The notes below the pieces were generated by a model. It saw nothing but the letters and a program-made list of their open reading frames with translations, made no database searches and was not told the DNA's origin. A stretch of 64,000 nucleotides of DNA from a virus, in IMG/VR virus record IMGVR_UViG_3300015607_002427; one strand, given 5' to 3'. Positions 43,162 to 53,501 of the stretch are shown piece after piece (position 1 is the stretch's first letter; the number at the start of each line of letters is the position of its first letter). Both the position numbers and the translations under genes were made by a program.

Positions 43162-43707
43162 TCAGTAGTCTATGTGAACAAAACTCCTGTCGCCCCAGTT
43201 CAAAATGAATTGTTCGATAAAATTCTCAACACATTCGCTTCCATCACACATTTTGGTCATTGACTTTACAGTTGCTTCGTCTATGATCGCTTGATTATGG
43301 TCGAATGTCTTGTAGAATTCTTCTCGCATGCAGCCCCGCTGGTAACCTTCACAGGTTGCCTTGATGTGTGGATCGCTTTGCGTCAGTGTTTTGCATTGGT
43401 TGGAATGGATTGCAAATTTTTGGGGATCATCCCAAGGATTATCACAATCTTTGGTACAAAAATGGAATACACCTTCTGATGTTTCCATGAATTGATCATA
43501 TCGTTCGTAAAATTCTTCAAACGACATTTGCATCAAATCTTTAAACGTTAAATCCCAGTCAATGTATTCAACGTCTCGATAAAAGATGAAGTCTTTAAAC
43601 TTCTCTTTGAACTCTTCTGGGAAATCAACAATGTTGAATTCTTGAGGGCGAAATACAGTATGTTCGTCCTCTTTGATCACTTTGAAGTGGCTTAGATCGA
43701 GGCCCAT
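43162..43707 (-). CDS. hypothetical protein
   Basis: MGLD start, GAGG RBS. Confidence 0.7.
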   Translation of the reverse strand: MGLDLSHFKVIKEDEHTVFRPQEFNIVDFPEEFKEKFKDFIFYRDVEYIDWDLTFKDLMQMSFEEFYERYDQFMETSEGVFHFCTKDCDNPWDDPQKFAIHSNQCKTLTQSDPHIKATCEGYQRGCMREEFYKTFDHNQAIIDEATVKSMTKMCDGSECVENFIEQFILNWGDRSFVHIDY

Positions 43708-43708
43708 G

Positions 43709-44116
43709 TTAAACCTCTATTTTTCCTCCAACAGCTTCCAATTTCTTTGGAAGGTCGGAAATAAACTGATTGAATACTTCATCACCCTCACCGTTGATCG
43801 GCCATGCGCGAGATCCTATTTTCTTCAGCAGGGAATCAATCAGAATTTCACGCTGGCATGTATCTCCGATCCCCTTAGTCGCATTTTCTGCGGCGAGGTC
43901 GAGGTCATTGTGGAACATTTCAACCAGTACTGAATTAGGAACTTCAATCCCGTAGTAATCAGACAGAACGTCCTTTGCTGGCTTAAGCTCTTCATCTCCC
44001 CAACAGGAGACCAAAACCTTCAATGCCAGCATTTCTGCCATAGTCAAATTTTCAGCGGTGAGTTCCCAGTTGGAAGCCTTTTGAGCTTCAAAGTATTGGT
44101 CAAAATTCGTGATCAT
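43709..44116 (-). CDS. hypothetical protein
   Basis: ORF coupled to upstream gene. Confidence 0.7.
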   Translation of the reverse strand: MITNFDQYFEAQKASNWELTAENLTMAEMLALKVLVSCWGDEELKPAKDVLSDYYGIEVPNSVLVEMFHNDLDLAAENATKGIGDTCQREILIDSLLKKIGSRAWPINGEGDEVFNQFISDLPKKLEAVGGKIEV

Positions 44117-44373
44117 CGTTGCACCGTAAACCGACGGACCGTAATGACCAGCAGATCAAGAAGTTCCATGTCGGAGAATTTGTGTTCGTTGAAGTAGATG
44201 GCATAAGGAAGATCAATTTCTTGGATTGCCTTCTTGCCTGCTTTGGTTTTTGGATCAGGGCCGATTTTATTCAGGACAAACTCATACACTGGCATCCAGC
44301 GCCCTTTGTCTTTTCCGGGATCACCGTATGTCGTGAGAGTGTCTCTAATCTTTTGGATAACCTGTTCGCGCAT
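44113..44373 (-). CDS. hypothetical protein
   Basis: GAGGAG RBS after early promoter. Confidence 0.7.
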   Translation of the reverse strand: MREQVIQKIRDTLTTYGDPGKDKGRWMPVYEFVLNKIGPDPKTKAGKKAIQEIDLPYAIYFNEHKFSDMELLDLLVITVRRFTVQR

Positions 44374-44429
44374 CGTAATCTCCTCATCAGTTAAATCTAT
44401 TCTAAACCAAAATTTAGAAAAAGTAAACG

Positions 44430-44741
44430 TTAGATTGCGATCGCCTCTTTCCAGGAAATTACAAAGTACCAGCCGTCAGAAAGTTGCTGGAACCGACAAT
44501 CATAACGAAGACGAACCATTTCAGCACGGAAAAGGCGGAACGCAACAGGATGCCGAGAAAGAACGTTGATGTCATCTTCAACAAATGGACCAAACATCTC
44601 AGAAATCTGAGACAGACTGAGAGAAACTTCGGTCTGGCGATTGTCCGCGGCCCGGGCAATCATACTGTCGATATTGATCTTTTTAACTTGCTCACGGATC
44701 GCGGAAATCGTCCGTTCTGCGGCATTAGCTGCTGACATCAT
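44430..44741 (-). CDS. hypothetical protein
   Basis: ORF coupled to upstream gene. Confidence 0.65.
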   Translation of the reverse strand: MMSAANAAERTISAIREQVKKINIDSMIARAADNRQTEVSLSLSQISEMFGPFVEDDINVLSRHPVAFRLFRAEMVRLRYDCRFQQLSDGWYFVISWKEAIAI

Positions 44742-45775
44742 TGTTGTTCCTTCATAAAAGCTTCAAAGTACGGCATCACCCACTTCTTCATTCCTTCTTG
44801 ACCAGCAGCAAGAACCATCGAATCCCATGCTTCCTTACCCATAACCAGCATTTGGGTTTCGCGAAGATGCTTCATGAAGTTACCAAGCTCTTGGTTTTCA
44901 AGGCCAGTCCATTCACGAACCAGATTGCCATTGAAGGTTTCCTTAACTTGTTTCCAAGTTTCGAAATCAGCCATAGTCTTGTCGTACACTTCACCAAATT
45001 CAGGGAAGAATTCGCGAGCGCGTTTGACAAACTCTTGCTTGTACTTCGGTCCGCCCTTTTCCTTCATGTCTGCCCAAGGATAGGCAGGAAGATTGGGAGC
45101 AGTGTCAACCCATTGAAGGAAGGAGTTGTACGACTTCCGTTTACGGTCCCGCATACGAGACGTATGATTCCGGTTTTCCAGAAGGTACATATCCTTGTTG
45201 AAGAACGGAGTAGAGGCAGCAAAGGCAAACATTTCTTCGAGAGTATCGAAACCAGCAAGCAGTCGGTCATAATCGTAGCCAAGGAACTTGACCATTTGCT
45301 CGACGTTGCGGGTCACCACGACTTCAGCGAACTGATAGTCACCATCACGGAAAACCATCTTGAGCCCGTCGTGACCGTACTTGAACCCCATCTTATGAGC
45401 AACTCGACCCATAAGGTTACCAAGGTCATTCCACGCGAAGTAGTTGACAGAGGTTTCGTATTCTTCGGTAGGAGTAAACAAGAGGTCGACTTGAAAGCCT
45501 TCGCATTCGAACGAAGTAACACCACCATTCTTGAAGACTTCCTTAGAGCTGAAAACGTTCTTCACATATTCAGTCATGTTGGTTGTCAGACCAGTCGATT
45601 CAAACAGGACGTCCATGTCTCCGAACGAATCCTTCTGACGATACGCACGAACTGCTTCAACGCGGTGGCCAGGGAAATCCTTACGGAGTTGACCAACTAC
45701 TTTAGCCTCAAGTGCAAAGTATTCGTCGCGGCTCAGTCGCCGAGTTTCAACATTTTTGAGAGCGTTACCACCCAT
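44738..45775 (-). CDS. Pol-beta-like nucleotidyltransferase-domain protein
   Basis: K.SFGDMDVL...FQVDL motifs. Confidence 0.7.
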   Translation of the reverse strand: MGGNALKNVETRRLSRDEYFALEAKVVGQLRKDFPGHRVEAVRAYRQKDSFGDMDVLFESTGLTTNMTEYVKNVFSSKEVFKNGGVTSFECEGFQVDLLFTPTEEYETSVNYFAWNDLGNLMGRVAHKMGFKYGHDGLKMVFRDGDYQFAEVVVTRNVEQMVKFLGYDYDRLLAGFDTLEEMFAFAASTPFFNKDMYLLENRNHTSRMRDRKRKSYNSFLQWVDTAPNLPAYPWADMKEKGGPKYKQEFVKRAREFFPEFGEVYDKTMADFETWKQVKETFNGNLVREWTGLENQELGNFMKHLRETQMLVMGKEAWDSMVLAAGQEGMKKWVMPYFEAFMKEQQ

Positions 45776-45838
45776 GATTCATCTCCTTATCTCTAAATTT
45801 AGAGATATTCTACAACAAAACTCGAAATTTGTAAATGT

Positions 45839-46060
45839 TTATTTTTCCATCGAGTATGCAAGATCGCTCAGACGACGGAGTTCTTCAACGAACTCAGGAT
45901 CGCGTTTTCCGACCTGCATCTTGAAGTTTGGAGAATGCTCTTTTACGAAAGCGATGAAGTCTTCGTATGGAGCAATGTCAAATTCGAAAGAGCCGGTGTC
46001 CGCGGCTTCTTCAAAAAGTTGACCAATTTCGTCAAAGCTAGCTTTGTATTTGTGAGTCAT
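45839..46060 (-). CDS. hypothetical protein
   Basis: AGGAG RBS. Confidence 0.65.
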   Translation of the reverse strand: MTHKYKASFDEIGQLFEEAADTGSFEFDIAPYEDFIAFVKEHSPNFKMQVGKRDPEFVEELRRLSDLAYSMEK

Positions 46061-46118
46061 CTTTTTCTCCTTTTAACAGATAAGGAATTATATCATCAAA
46101 TTCATGTTTTGTATACGA

Positions 46119-46142
46119 GAAAGGGACCTTAAGGTCCCTTTC
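46119..46142 (-). terminator. terminator-like hairpin
   Basis: GAAAGGGACC-TTAA-GGTCCCTTTC. Confidence 0.65.
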
Positions 46143-46191
46143 AAATTCGTCAAAGATTTTTATTCTTCTTATGCGGACGATTAAGTAAAAA

Positions 46192-46470
46192 TTACTTGGT
46201 AGCGGCTGGCTTGGTGCGCTTACGCGGACGGAACGGTTCCGAAACAGAGACTACACCCTTGTTCGGATCAACCTTGACTTCAACTAGAGTCTCAGTAGGA
46301 CGCAGCGGAATTTCAAAACGGTTGCTGAACCATTTTGCGACTTTGGGGTCATCTACCAAAGAAGCCTTGTTTTCAGCAGGATTAAAACCCGCGAAGTACT
46401 TGTTGTCGGCACCCTTAACAACGTAAAAGGAGTGGGTGAAGCTATTGTTATCGATTTGAGTTTGGCTCAT
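46192..46470 (-). CDS. hypothetical protein
   Basis: GGAG RBS before MSQTQ. Confidence 0.65.
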   Translation of the reverse strand: MSQTQIDNNSFTHSFYVVKGADNKYFAGFNPAENKASLVDDPKVAKWFSNRFEIPLRPTETLVEVKVDPNKGVVSVSEPFRPRKRTKPAATK

Positions 46471-46504
46471 CTTATTCTCCAAGTTTATCAAAATTAACTA
46501 CAAA

Positions 46505-46954
46505 TCAAGCAATCAACACGTCTCTCAATTCTAGAAACAAAATGATGTTGAATGCTCTCGCCTTAGCTTCTGTATTCATCTCTGGTGAAGAAAACATACA
46601 GTCAGCCATATTAAATCCTGCAATCCAACCAGTCATGTTTGCGTCAGTACATGTAGGTGAGAAGATTACTGGATTTAATCCTATCATCCTTTCAATTTTT
46701 GAAAGGACATTTAAATCCACAATTGCTTTATCTATTGGGTTGCTTCGCCAATAAAAATCATTTAGAACTTCTTCTGGGAGGTGTTGTTTAAGAACATTCA
46801 AAAATTCATAGTCTGTCTTCTCGACCACTTGCTTAATGATCTTATCAGCAACGTTGACAAACTGAATTCGTACGTTCACTTTACCTTGCCCCAACTGTTG
46901 ATCAAACTCTTTAAGAGTTTTCATATGTGTTATGTCTATTATTTTGTCTGACAT
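46505..46954 (-). CDS. hypothetical protein
   Basis: ORF with GATAAATA upstream. Confidence 0.7.
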   Translation of the reverse strand: MSDKIIDITHMKTLKEFDQQLGQGKVNVRIQFVNVADKIIKQVVEKTDYEFLNVLKQHLPEEVLNDFYWRSNPIDKAIVDLNVLSKIERMIGLNPVIFSPTCTDANMTGWIAGFNMADCMFSSPEMNTEAKARAFNIILFLELRDVLIA

Positions 46955-47046
46955 ATGTTCTTTAATTGGTTAATAAAGAATATTTATCAGTCAACAGTTG
47001 TATTATATCACAACTTATATTAAAAGTTCCACTAATTTGAACTATT

Positions 47047-47268
47047 TTAAACAGTTGTTTTACGGTGAAGTCTATTGAAAAAGCGTCTAACAAAATATGT
47101 TCTCACGATCGAAATGATCGTAAAAAATACTGACGCTTTTAGGTTTGCCTCCAAAGGCAAATCAACACCAAGCATCGGAAAAATTATCGCCGATGAGATT
47201 ACCGATACTACCCAACCAATGAAAATGTTCAGAAGAGATTCGTAAAAGCTTTGAATCTTAGACTGCAT
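47047..47268 (-). CDS. small membrane protein
   Basis: MQSK..SF.ES..N...two TM segments...RRFFN. Confidence 0.7.
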   Translation of the reverse strand: MQSKIQSFYESLLNIFIGWVVSVISSAIIFPMLGVDLPLEANLKASVFFTIISIVRTYFVRRFFNRLHRKTTV

Positions 47269-47497
47269 TTTCTTCGGCCTTCTCTTCCTCGGTAACAATT
47301 TCAACGTAAGCGTTATTCACGCCGAGAACACGATTGATGGCCTGCTGCTGGAGACGAGACTGAAGAGCATAAAAGAAAATTGCAACATCCTGTTCAGACT
47401 TACATTTTTCCAACTCTTCAAATACCACCATTTGTATTTTCGCGATAGATGCCCGTTGGCTTACGGAGAGTTTTTCACGCAGTTGATTATAGTCCAT
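47258..47497 (-). CDS. hypothetical protein
   Basis: AGGAG RBS before MDYNQ. Confidence 0.65.
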   Translation of the reverse strand: MDYNQLREKLSVSQRASIAKIQMVVFEELEKCKSEQDVAIFFYALQSRLQQQAINRVLGVNNAYVEIVTEEEKAEENAV

Positions 47498-47837
47498 CTT
47501 TTTCTCCTTTTTTGATTTCTTCTGCACGAGCATATTGCTCAGCAAATTCTGCCAGCTTACGATATTGAGCTGTCGGTAGGCATTGAGGCGAACTCGAATG
47601 TCGGCGCCCCTTAATTACCTCTTGCAGAAATTTAATGGCAGCTTCTGCAATATCATTCGGCGGAGGAGTAAGTCGATCGACTACTTCGATTGTGCCAACA
47701 ATGTAATTGATACAGCCAACACCTTTGGTTGCGATTTCTTGTACATCATCATTTTCGTTAATGACAACCGTCTCAATTACTTTAGAATTGTCGTCAGTAC
47801 GAACGACAAAATACGGAGGAAGATTAATATTTTTCAT
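47487..47837 (-). CDS. hypothetical protein
   Basis: ORF coupled to ligase. Confidence 0.65.
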   Translation of the reverse strand: MKNINLPPYFVVRTDDNSKVIETVVINENDDVQEIATKGVGCINYIVGTIEVVDRLTPPPNDIAEAAIKFLQEVIKGRRHSSSPQCLPTAQYRKLAEFAEQYARAEEIKKGEKDGL

Positions 47838-49888
47838 TTGATCATTTCTTTCAGTTCGTCAGCGGAGATGACCTTCGTGCCTTGCTTCTTCGCCTTTTCC
47901 AGCTTATTGGAACCTTCGGCGATCGAATCAGGACCAGCAACCAAGTAGGTAAGACCCTTACCCATAGAAGCAATGGTGCCACCCGCATCGGTAATCATTT
48001 TTTCGACGATAGCCTTCTTTACCTTTTGACCATCCAACTCTGGAGAGCCAGTCAAGCAGAAAGACATTCCAGTCAAAGGCCCTTGAATTTGGACTGGCTC
48101 TTCTTCTTTAACTTCACCAACACCTTCGAAGATCAGGCCAGCAATAATGTTTCGCATTTCATCCCGGTTTAAACCAGCGATAATGTTTGAAGCTACTACA
48201 TCGCCAACTTTTTCAAGTGAGCAGAGATCGTCGTAGTTAACCTTTTCAAGGAACTCACTCAGAGTTTTCCACTTCTTCGAACATGCCTTTGATGTTGTGT
48301 TACCAAGGCCGCGAATCATGAGACCTGCTAGTACTCGCCACAGAGGTTGAGTACGAGAAGCTTGGATGTTCTTCACAATCTTGGTAGCAGAGCTTTCGCC
48401 AAGTCGTTCCAAGTTCATGAGTTGATCGACAGTCAATTGATAGAGGTCTTGGGGCCCCTTTACTAGTCCGTCGTCAACAATTTTGAGAAGGGTGGTCTCG
48501 CCGATATCATCGATTTCCATGGAACCGATGAAGCGAAGAATCCGATTGAACGATTTACCATCGCAATCATCGTTGAGACATTGAAAAATTTCACCCTTGA
48601 AACCAGTTTCGCCGCCACAGCAAGGACATTTTGCTGGAGGCTGAGGATATTCATTGGATTGACCATCACAAGGCGGAACTTCAACAACCTTGGGGATGAC
48701 CAGACCAGCACGCTTGACAATTGCCAGCTTGGAACCCTTCTTCCAGCCGATACGCTTCAGTTCTGCGATGTTGTGAAGGGTGGAATGCCTGATAGAGACA
48801 CCAAGGATTTCCATCGAACGGGGATTTTCCTTGAAGTGCGCGCGAGGAGTGATGACGCCCGTCGAACCAAAGCACCATTCGATACCATCTTCATATTCAG
48901 AATCGTCGATTTGGAATTCAATTTCGACATCTTTGAACTTGAAAGCGAATGCGTATTCAGGCGTATTGGACTTAATGCCAAGCTTTTCACGAACATCCAT
49001 CTCATTGACCATCGCAACGAGGCCATCAACTTCGTAACCAAGCTCGAATCGACGCTTTTCAAATTCAGCAAACAGCTCAATTATTTGATCAATCGACGAA
49101 GAAGTAGGAACTTGGGTGTATTCAACAGTTGTGAAACCTTGGTCTTCAAGCCAAATAAGTTTCTCTTCATGAGTAGCAAAATCAACGTCTTGGCTGAGAA
49201 CGTCATAAGCAATCATGCTCAGATGCAGATCGCGAATCTTTTCTGCGTCCTTAGTTTGAGAAACGCCAGCGGCCGCATTACGAGCATTTTGATAAGGCTC
49301 AAGGCCCTTTGCTTCGCGCTCTTGATTGATGCGGTTGAAATCTTCTTCGCGAATGACCATCTCACCACGAACTTCAAAGCGGTCGTCCTTACTGAAGGAA
49401 CCAGCAATGGTCTTCGGAAGATTGTCGATTTGGTAACCAGTGACAGTCAAATCCTTACCATATTCGCCAGTATGACGAGTAAGAACTTGAGCAAGAACTT
49501 CATCGCGATAACGGTAAGCTGAAGAGCTTCCGTCAATCTTCCACATCACAATGAAAGACTTGGCTCCAGCTGCCTTCCACTTCTGAACTTCCTTGAAGAA
49601 GAGGTTGATGTCGTTCGACTTGGCAAGGGACATCATGGGGAAATCATGCTTGATGTCACCAAAGGTATTCTCGAGACGGGAGAAACTGGTTGCGGTAAAC
49701 TCCGCGTAGAGTTCCTTCTTCAGATCCGCATTTGCTTCATCCCAATCAGATTCAAAGGCTTCACGAAGCTCATCCTTGAGTTGATCGTAGGTCGCATCAG
49801 AAATTAGACGCCGCCCTGCATAGTAGGCATCATCCCAAATACGCTTCAAATCAAGTTTTTGTCGAACCGTTTTTGCATCCATATTCAA
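47834..49888 (-). CDS. ligA: NAD-dependent DNA ligase
   Basis: SDATYD, M.SL, KIDG, EVRGE, DGLV, AFKF, TLHN, Zn finger, HhH, BRCT. Confidence 0.95.
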   Translation of the reverse strand: MNMDAKTVRQKLDLKRIWDDAYYAGRRLISDATYDQLKDELREAFESDWDEANADLKKELYAEFTATSFSRLENTFGDIKHDFPMMSLAKSNDINLFFKEVQKWKAAGAKSFIVMWKIDGSSSAYRYRDEVLAQVLTRHTGEYGKDLTVTGYQIDNLPKTIAGSFSKDDRFEVRGEMVIREEDFNRINQEREAKGLEPYQNARNAAAGVSQTKDAEKIRDLHLSMIAYDVLSQDVDFATHEEKLIWLEDQGFTTVEYTQVPTSSSIDQIIELFAEFEKRRFELGYEVDGLVAMVNEMDVREKLGIKSNTPEYAFAFKFKDVEIEFQIDDSEYEDGIEWCFGSTGVITPRAHFKENPRSMEILGVSIRHSTLHNIAELKRIGWKKGSKLAIVKRAGLVIPKVVEVPPCDGQSNEYPQPPAKCPCCGGETGFKGEIFQCLNDDCDGKSFNRILRFIGSMEIDDIGETTLLKIVDDGLVKGPQDLYQLTVDQLMNLERLGESSATKIVKNIQASRTQPLWRVLAGLMIRGLGNTTSKACSKKWKTLSEFLEKVNYDDLCSLEKVGDVVASNIIAGLNRDEMRNIIAGLIFEGVGEVKEEEPVQIQGPLTGMSFCLTGSPELDGQKVKKAIVEKMITDAGGTIASMGKGLTYLVAGPDSIAEGSNKLEKAKKQGTKVISADELKEMIK

Positions 49889-49913
49889 TCTCCGTCAATA
49901 GAAGAATTATATC

Positions 49914-50294
49914 TCAGTCTTCGTTATTTGTAAACTTTTTAAGCGCTTCGACGAATTCTTTTTGTTTCACGCCGAAAGTGTAAGCGTCATGGGCCATTTT
50001 GTTGTATTTGCCATCTCTTACGAAACGCTGAGCTTCGGCACCAGGAGGAGGATTATTCATAACCCATTCTTCCCATTGAGCTTTTGTAAAACGGCCACCA
50101 AGACGCCCAGAACAATTGGCCGCCCCCATACATCCGCATCCACCATGCGCCTCGCACCAACGATACTGCCAATCAGAAGGAAGCCTTTTCATGGCTTCAT
50201 CGATAGTTTCGTTTTCAGGAGGAACAAAAGAATTCAATGCAATTTGTTTCTCGTAATCTTTCTTCCAATCATTATTCATAGTTCTATCAACCAT
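49914..50294 (-). CDS. hypothetical protein
   Basis: ORF with Cys cluster. Confidence 0.6.
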   Translation of the reverse strand: MVDRTMNNDWKKDYEKQIALNSFVPPENETIDEAMKRLPSDWQYRWCEAHGGCGCMGAANCSGRLGGRFTKAQWEEWVMNNPPPGAEAQRFVRDGKYNKMAHDAYTFGVKQKEFVEALKKFTNNED

Positions 50295-51100
50295 TCATCG
50301 TTAAATTGTTCATTGAGTGCGAGACCAGCATAACCACGCGGATTGCAAATAATTCTAGTGTTGTACACTAGATAGTCGCGAGTGGTGTGGATGTGCCCAT
50401 GATGCCACAACAGAAAATTGGAATAAGCAATCTCATTCCCAAATTCAGTAGCATAAAGGTGGTTAATTGGTCCTTGTCCGTATCTGGAGAAATCGATTGA
50501 CTTCCAGCATGGGGCATGGTGGGAAAGCACCACCATCTTCTCTTCGTTTTGTGCATGTCTGAAGATGAAGTCGCGGTGTTTGATATGTTCTGCCAACAAA
50601 TCACGAGGCTTTACACGACGTTCGTAATTGTTCTTTCGCATGAAATGATAGTCGTTCATCTCATGCTCAGCCATACTCAAAACGAGATTATCACCCTTGT
50701 TGAAATCGGTCCAAAGAGTTGCACCAATAAAGCGAACACCGTCAATAACAACAGAATCGCAATCCAACAAATGGACGTTCTTTACCCCGTGATTAATCAA
50801 CTGTTGCTTTATGCTTGACGCGTGGAAGGTAAAATCTCTGCGCCAATAGTCATGGTTACCAAGAACGCACACTACAGCTTTGAACCTCTTCGACATCTGA
50901 ATGAGGAACTTCACTGTGTATTTCTGGGTATCCATGTCTCCAGCAATACCAAGGACGGTATCCTTATCAGTATCTAGATGCGAAGGCTCATAGATTTCCC
51001 AGAGCTCTGGCTTTTTCTTCAACCACTTCTGACAAAAATGTCTGTCAAATTCTCGGTGGATGTCATTGATTGGACGGTAAAGCATTGGAAATCTCAACAA
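50276..51100 (-). CDS. calcineurin-like metallophosphoesterase
   Basis: DIH, AGD, GNHD, GATLWTDF, SHHAP, HGHIH, NPRGY. Confidence 0.9.
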   Translation of the reverse strand: MLRFPMLYRPINDIHREFDRHFCQKWLKKKPELWEIYEPSHLDTDKDTVLGIAGDMDTQKYTVKFLIQMSKRFKAVVCVLGNHDYWRRDFTFHASSIKQQLINHGVKNVHLLDCDSVVIDGVRFIGATLWTDFNKGDNLVLSMAEHEMNDYHFMRKNNYERRVKPRDLLAEHIKHRDFIFRHAQNEEKMVVLSHHAPCWKSIDFSRYGQGPINHLYATEFGNEIAYSNFLLWHHGHIHTTRDYLVYNTRIICNPRGYAGLALNEQFNDEWLIEL

Positions 51101-51196
51101 AAGGTCTTAAAGATTATATCAAAGTTTGAGTTATTCGTAAACGTCAAGTTTGGAAGAAATAAATAAACTGACAAATCTCTCTTCCCAAGGAACCCA

Positions 51197-51634
51197 ATGA
51201 CAAAGAAAAAAATTCCTCCGCTGATTATTGAGCATTACATGGATACGACAAATCTATGTTTCGTATCTCTAATCGAATACAAACGTGAACAGTATCTAGG
51301 CATTATCGACAACATTACTGATACTGAGTTAAACGCTTTCATCCTCAGTCACACAAAGCCAGAAGTAATTGGTGCAAATGACTTCATTAAGTTTGCTATT
51401 CGATGGTTCTATAAGAGTTCAGGAAAATATCCTTTGTCTTTTGAATTTGCTAAGCTTGGCCTTTCGAATAAGATTCAGCCTCTTTATAAGACCTTTGATT
51501 TGAACTACGTTTCTCGCGTGGTAGGTAAACCATTCATCTTTGAGAACCTAAACGCAGGAACCAAAATCAAAAGACGTCGTGTTGTTCAGGTACCAGAATA
51601 CGTCGAAATTAAATTCAAAAAGACATCTTCTTGA
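51197..51634 (+). CDS. hypothetical protein
   Basis: AAGGA RBS and AATAAATA upstream on + strand. Confidence 0.75.
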   Translation: MTKKKIPPLIIEHYMDTTNLCFVSLIEYKREQYLGIIDNITDTELNAFILSHTKPEVIGANDFIKFAIRWFYKSSGKYPLSFEFAKLGLSNKIQPLYKTFDLNYVSRVVGKPFIFENLNAGTKIKRRRVVQVPEYVEIKFKKTSS

Positions 51635-51824
51635 TAAATCTCTTAAGTTGGTATCGAATGATTTGGTAAATACCGTAACCTACGACACCAACGAAGCCTA
51701 CCGAAATTAGTAAAAGTAGGCCAGCTACTCCCGCTGCGGTGAGAGCTATAAAGATTCCACAGGCTAATGGAGTAGCAACGACTAGATAGATTGTTGCTAA
51801 AGCCAAACGTAGTATGAAATTCAT
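51615..51824 (-). CDS. small membrane protein
   Basis: Long hydrophobic stretch, coupled to upstream gene. Confidence 0.5.
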   Translation of the reverse strand: MNFILRLALATIYLVVATPLACGIFIALTAAGVAGLLLLISVGFVGVVGYGIYQIIRYQLKRFIKKMSF

Positions 51825-52417
51825 TGGAATTCAAATCCTAAACTGATCAAATGTAGTTGTAATTGTACGACCAGTGCGTACGAAATTGCGTGAGCTTTTT
51901 TGAAAGCGAATTCACCATCTTCGCCCTTCGCATACAACATTCTACGACATGCTTCCCTATCCTTGGTGTAAAGACCGGTGAGAGATTTCTTACCAGGACG
52001 AATGAGAGCGAGAACGTCAGCCAATTCCTCAGTAGAGCGAGGTTTTATCTTTGAGACAGTCTCAAAATGATTTGCCAATTGGAATAACTTTGAGACGATA
52101 CTTGGAGAGAGAAGAAGATTCCAATCTGGATCAGTATCCAAAAGCTCTTTGATTTCTTCTCGACTATTGAAGTAATCGTAAATCGTTAGATGAAGGAAGT
52201 CAAGTTTGATGTATCCCAACTCTTCAGCTAAATTGTACGGGATAGCACATAGCCCAGAAACGGGATCAGCTGCAATTTTCTGAGGATAAACCCCGCAAGG
52301 ATGCGGTTTTACTGACCGGTTATTTGCATCGTAGATGCATGCCTTTACCCAGTCAGGAAAGATTTGCTCAGGTTTAAACGACGTCGGTAAGTCGATGTCG
52401 ATATCCGCTTGATTCAT
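51821..52417 (-). CDS. DNA polymerase III alpha-like fragment (catalytic palm/fingers part)
   Basis: DIDID, HPCGVY, KLDFL, LALIRPG, FKKAHAISYA. Confidence 0.85.
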   Translation of the reverse strand: MNQADIDIDLPTSFKPEQIFPDWVKACIYDANNRSVKPHPCGVYPQKIAADPVSGLCAIPYNLAEELGYIKLDFLHLTIYDYFNSREEIKELLDTDPDWNLLLSPSIVSKLFQLANHFETVSKIKPRSTEELADVLALIRPGKKSLTGLYTKDREACRRMLYAKGEDGEFAFKKAHAISYALVVQLQLHLISLGFEFQ

Positions 52418-52496
52418 AGCTTATCCAGAATCTCTTTCAACACTGCTAAAAATCCGACTATAGCAAATGCGTAAACACCGTACATTTTGGGCTCTT

Positions 52497-53276
52497 TCAT
52501 AGACCCATTTCCTTATTGATCGCCATAATCTCTTTCACGAGATTCTTGTTCTCTTGAAGCTTAGTCGTCCAATAAGCAGGATTGATAATTGCCGAAAGTT
52601 CCAATGATTCATCCTTAGAGATGGACTTCAGATATTCACCAAACTTTTTCGAACAGAACAAAAACCATGGAGAAAGCTTACGCAATCGAATCTGCTCAGA
52701 GATTTGACGAACTCCCATATGAATGAAGATGTCAGCGAACACTTTGACGTCTTCACGTTCAGCAATGTCGAGCAAGGTTTCGATGCTGACCTTAACCTGC
52801 TCAAGCGGATCTTGAGATTTGTCCATCCATTCAAGGTACATTGAGTAGCATTGGTCCCGCCGCCATAGTGCAGGAGACAAATCCTTGTTGCACATGATCT
52901 CGACGAACTTGCTAGGATTACCAATGTTCAGCTTCTTGACATGCTTAGCGAACTCGATAAACGAGGAATAGTAACGCGAAGTCGAAAAAGTCTCAGCAGA
53001 TGGAGCCTTCCGCTTATACGCTTTCATCCAATCACAGTAGAACATGTACGCGGCTTGACCAATTGGAGTAGCCAGTTCTTCAGTTCGTTCTTTTTCCCGA
53101 CAGTTATGCTTCATGTAGTAAGTTTCATTTGCTAGAACCTTACCACAATATTGGCACTTCCACTCAGGTTTAAACTCTTCTTCGGTATTTCGTCGAACAC
53201 GACGATGCGAAGCACCCGTGCTAAGAATTTCTGCGTCAAGTACTACGCTAGTGGTTTCTTTTTCTTTTCTAGCCAT
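52497..53276 (-). CDS. Zn-finger hypothetical protein in replication cluster
   Basis: CQYC...H.C. Confidence 0.75.
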   Translation of the reverse strand: MARKEKETTSVVLDAEILSTGASHRRVRRNTEEEFKPEWKCQYCGKVLANETYYMKHNCREKERTEELATPIGQAAYMFYCDWMKAYKRKAPSAETFSTSRYYSSFIEFAKHVKKLNIGNPSKFVEIMCNKDLSPALWRRDQCYSMYLEWMDKSQDPLEQVKVSIETLLDIAEREDVKVFADIFIHMGVRQISEQIRLRKLSPWFLFCSKKFGEYLKSISKDESLELSAIINPAYWTTKLQENKNLVKEIMAINKEMGL

Positions 53277-53279
53277 AAC

Positions 53280-53501
53280 TCACCATGGTGCGTAATCCCC
53301 CGGACTACGCTCCTTAACTTTTCCACACTTTGAGCATTTGACATTATCGTCATACCCTGTACCCCAAGGATGCCATTCATGCTCGCAGAACAGACTTTTT
53401 GTAAATGAATATTGTACATCATCAGCTGGATTTTTGTAAACTGTTTTTGATGTAGGAAATCCGAAATCTCCAAAAGGAATGCTATACGGGTTATCACTCA
53501 T
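53280..53501 (-). CDS. small Zn-ribbon-like protein
   Basis: CEHEW...CSKCGK. Confidence 0.6.
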   Translation of the reverse strand: MSDNPYSIPFGDFGFPTSKTVYKNPADDVQYSFTKSLFCEHEWHPWGTGYDDNVKCSKCGKVKERSPGDYAPW